A DNA stretch of 63,741 bases, the filler included, from Folioceros fuciformis (taxonomy: Eukaryota), in the NCBI GenBank assembly GCA_049999805.1. It is 8 parts of 8 records of this genome, joined end to end, with 100 filler letters (N's around TTAATTAATTAA, not from the genome) between each part and the next. Parts side by side here need not be neighbours in the genome. Positions count along the whole stretch, not along the records: positions 60,956 to 61,995 come from JBNGIO010004350.1; positions 62,096 to 63,741 come from JBNGIO010004351.1; 6 more parts are not named here. One strand, 5' to 3'. The translations under genes were made by a program, and so were the position numbers. The first letter of the stretch is position 1. Every line of letters starts with the position of its first letter. Below are positions 60,956-63,741 of this stretch, piece by piece. The notes beneath the pieces were generated by a model. That model had not been told where the DNA came from and made no database searches. It worked only from the letters and a program-made list of their open reading frames with translations.

Positions 60956-61995
60956 AAAACTACTAAACTATAGTAATACTATCTAGCTCTAAACTAGATA
61001 AAAACTCTATAACTAATATTATATTAAAACTAAATAGAAATTCTATAATAAATATAATATAGAGATTTAATAAAATAATATAAACTCTATATAAAGAAAT
61101 AGCTAAAAGTATAATTTTAGAAACTAATAACTAGTATACTAAGAAAAATAAAGAAAATATTCTACTAAAGCTAGATAAATAGAATACTCTATAAAATACT
61201 ACTAGCTACTAGAACTTAGTATAATAGTATAACTAAGTAAAAATATTTAAGTATTAAATATAAGTAATACTATTAGAAAAAGAGCTAGTATACTCTAATA
61301 ATAAGAAAGACTAGTAGGAACTTATTACGAGCTATACCTAAGAGTATATAAAGTACTCGAGATATATAATAAATATAGGTATTAAGTATAGTAGTACTTA
61401 GATTAAGTTTCGTAAATAGAGTAAGTTTAATAGACTAAGTTAAGATAACTAAGTAGTCTTAAGTATAGTANNNNNNNNNNAAAACTACTAAACTATAGTA
61501 ATACTATCTAGCTCTAAACTAGATAAAAACTCTATAACTAATATTATATTAAAACTAAATAGAAATTCTATAATAAATATAATATAGAGATTTAATAAAA
61601 TAATATAAACTCTATATAAAGAAATAGCTAAAAGTATAATTTTAGAAACTAATAACTAGTATACTAAGAAAAATAAAGAAAATATTCTACTAAAGCTAGA
61701 TAAATAGAATACTCTATAAAATACTACTAGCTACTAGAACTTAGTATAATAGTATAACTAAGTAAAAATATTTAAGTATTAAATATAAGTAATACTATTA
61801 GAAAAAGAGCTAGTATACTCTAATAATAAGAAAGACTAGTAGGAACTTATTACGAGCTATACCTAAGAGTATATAAAGTACTCGAGATATATAATAAATA
61901 TAGGTATTAAGTATAGTAGTACTTAGATTAAGTTTCGTAAATAGAGTAAGTTTAATAGACTAAGTTAAGATAACTAAGTAGTCTTAAGTATAGTA
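60956..61995. other. Extremely AT-rich 515-bp contig lacking CpA/TpG, present twice (60956-61470, 61481-61995)
   Basis: Dinucleotide scan by eye; copies identical and separated by 10 N. Confidence 0.9.
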
Positions 61996-62095
61996 NNNNN
62001 NNNNNNNNNNNNNNNNNNNNNNNNNNNNNNNNNNNNNNNTTAATTAATTAANNNNNNNNNNNNNNNNNNNNNNNNNNNNNNNNNNNNNNNNNNNN

Positions 62096-63741
62096 AAACT
62101 CTGGATTGCCTAACAGATTTTGGGCAGAAGCAGTGGTTACTGCGGTGCATCTTATTAACAAATCTCCCAATACGGCTGTGGATGAGCAGGTTCCAGAAGA
62201 GATGTGGTGTGGAAAGAAGCCATCATACAAGCATCTACGAGTGTTTGGCTCCGAGGCAAACTACCATGTTCCGAAGGAGTTTCGGGACAAGTTGGCTCCC
62301 AAGTTAAGAAAATGTATTTTTTTTGGCTATTGTGAATATGGACAGATAGGATACCGTCTATGGGATCCAGAGGCCAAGAGGGTGGTTCGCAGCAATGATG
62401 TGTTCTTCAATGAGACCAAGATGCACAAGAAGCCTACTCCAACTGTGGAGGTGCGATGGGTGGTCTTCCAAGAAGATGGACTTGACCGTCCCGCGCTGGT
62501 TAAACGTCGTGATGTGCAGGAACTAGCTCCTCCACTTATAGAAGAGGAGAGAGTGCAACCAGCTCCGGTCGAGGCGCCTGTGCTTCGTAGGTCAGGAAGG
62601 ATCTCACGGCCTCCTGACAGGTATGTTGCATCTCTTGATTATGTCATGCTGACGAATTGTGGGGAGCCCTCTTGTTATCAAGAGGCCATGTTAGTGACAA
62701 ACAAGGACAAGTGGAAGAAGGTAATGCAGTCACAGATGGATTTGCTCCATAAGAGACAAACTTGGGAGTTGGCTCGGTTGCCTAGGGGCAAGAAGGCGTT
62801 GCCATGCAAATGGGTGTATAAGATGAAGAGCATACCCCATTATGGAAAACCCAAGTACAAGGTAGGTGTCGCGCAGCAGCCGCATAGCTGCATGCCTACC
62901 TAGCCTGTCTACCNNNNNNNNNNAAACTCTGGATTGCCTAACAGATTTTGGGCAGAAGCAGTGGTTACTGCGGTGCATCTTATTAACAAATCTCCCAATA
63001 CGGCTGTGGATGAGCAGGTTCCAGAAGAGATGTGGTGTGGAAAGAAGCCATCATACAAGCATCTACGAGTGTTTGGCTCCGAGGCAAACTACCATGTTCC
63101 GAAGGAGTTTCGGGACAAGTTGGCTCCCAAGTTAAGAAAATGTATTTTTTTTGGCTATTGTGAATATGGACAGATAGGATACCGTCTATGGGATCCAGAG
63201 GCCAAGAGGGTGGTTCGCAGCAATGATGTGTTCTTCAATGAGACCAAGATGCACAAGAAGCCTACTCCAACTGTGGAGGTGCGATGGGTGGTCTTCCAAG
63301 AAGATGGACTTGACCGTCCCGCGCTGGTTAAACGTCGTGATGTGCAGGAACTAGCTCCTCCACTTATAGAAGAGGAGAGAGTGCAACCAGCTCCGGTCGA
63401 GGCGCCTGTGCTTCGTAGGTCAGGAAGGATCTCACGGCCTCCTGACAGGTATGTTGCATCTCTTGATTATGTCATGCTGACGAATTGTGGGGAGCCCTCT
63501 TGTTATCAAGAGGCCATGTTAGTGACAAACAAGGACAAGTGGAAGAAGGTAATGCAGTCACAGATGGATTTGCTCCATAAGAGACAAACTTGGGAGTTGG
63601 CTCGGTTGCCTAGGGGCAAGAAGGCGTTGCCATGCAAATGGGTGTATAAGATGAAGAGCATACCCCATTATGGAAAACCCAAGTACAAGGTAGGTGTCGC
63701 GCAGCAGCCGCATAGCTGCATGCCTACCTAGCCTGTCTACC
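62096..63741 (+). mobile_element. Ty1/copia integrase C-terminus to RT start (818 bp), present twice (62096-62913, 62924-63741)
   Basis: FWAEAVVTAVHLIN, HLRVFG, GYRLWDP, DVFFNE, TWEL..LP.GKKAL.CKWVYK. Confidence 0.93.

Noticed and set aside
61481-63741. Perfect tandem duplications (515 bp and 818 bp)
   Set aside because: Whole contigs repeated identically around exactly 10 N; an assembly artefact rather than biology

Overview
Nuclear DNA of a land plant, probably non-seed (hornwort/lycophyte/fern-like, inferred from very short introns, a long PLS-class PPR gene and the TE types). It comes from a fragmented draft scaffold with artificial N-TTAATTAATTAA-N joins. A compact ~22-kb island of six genes (21971-43752) holds SLY1, a phosphomanno/glucomutase-family gene, a PLS-E+ PPR gene, an AHK1-type hybrid histidine kinase, an unrecognised coiled-coil gene and cpSRP43. 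Nests of decayed transposons flank it: several Athila-like Ty3/gypsy families, Ty1/copia and L1-like LINE fragments, and a Sola-like DDE transposase relic. Highlights: (1) a Ty3/gypsy integrase with a C-terminal PHD finger; (2) Athila-like elements with a second polypurine tract right after integrase, bounding a variable cassette that holds a conserved extra ORF (two divergent families) or a 3.7-kb GC-rich motif spacer; (3) a 515-bp contig with no CpA/TpG dinucleotides, the signature of fungal RIP; (4) tandem hairpin arrays in three LTR families. Family labels A-D are my own. All calls are by eye, without database searches.
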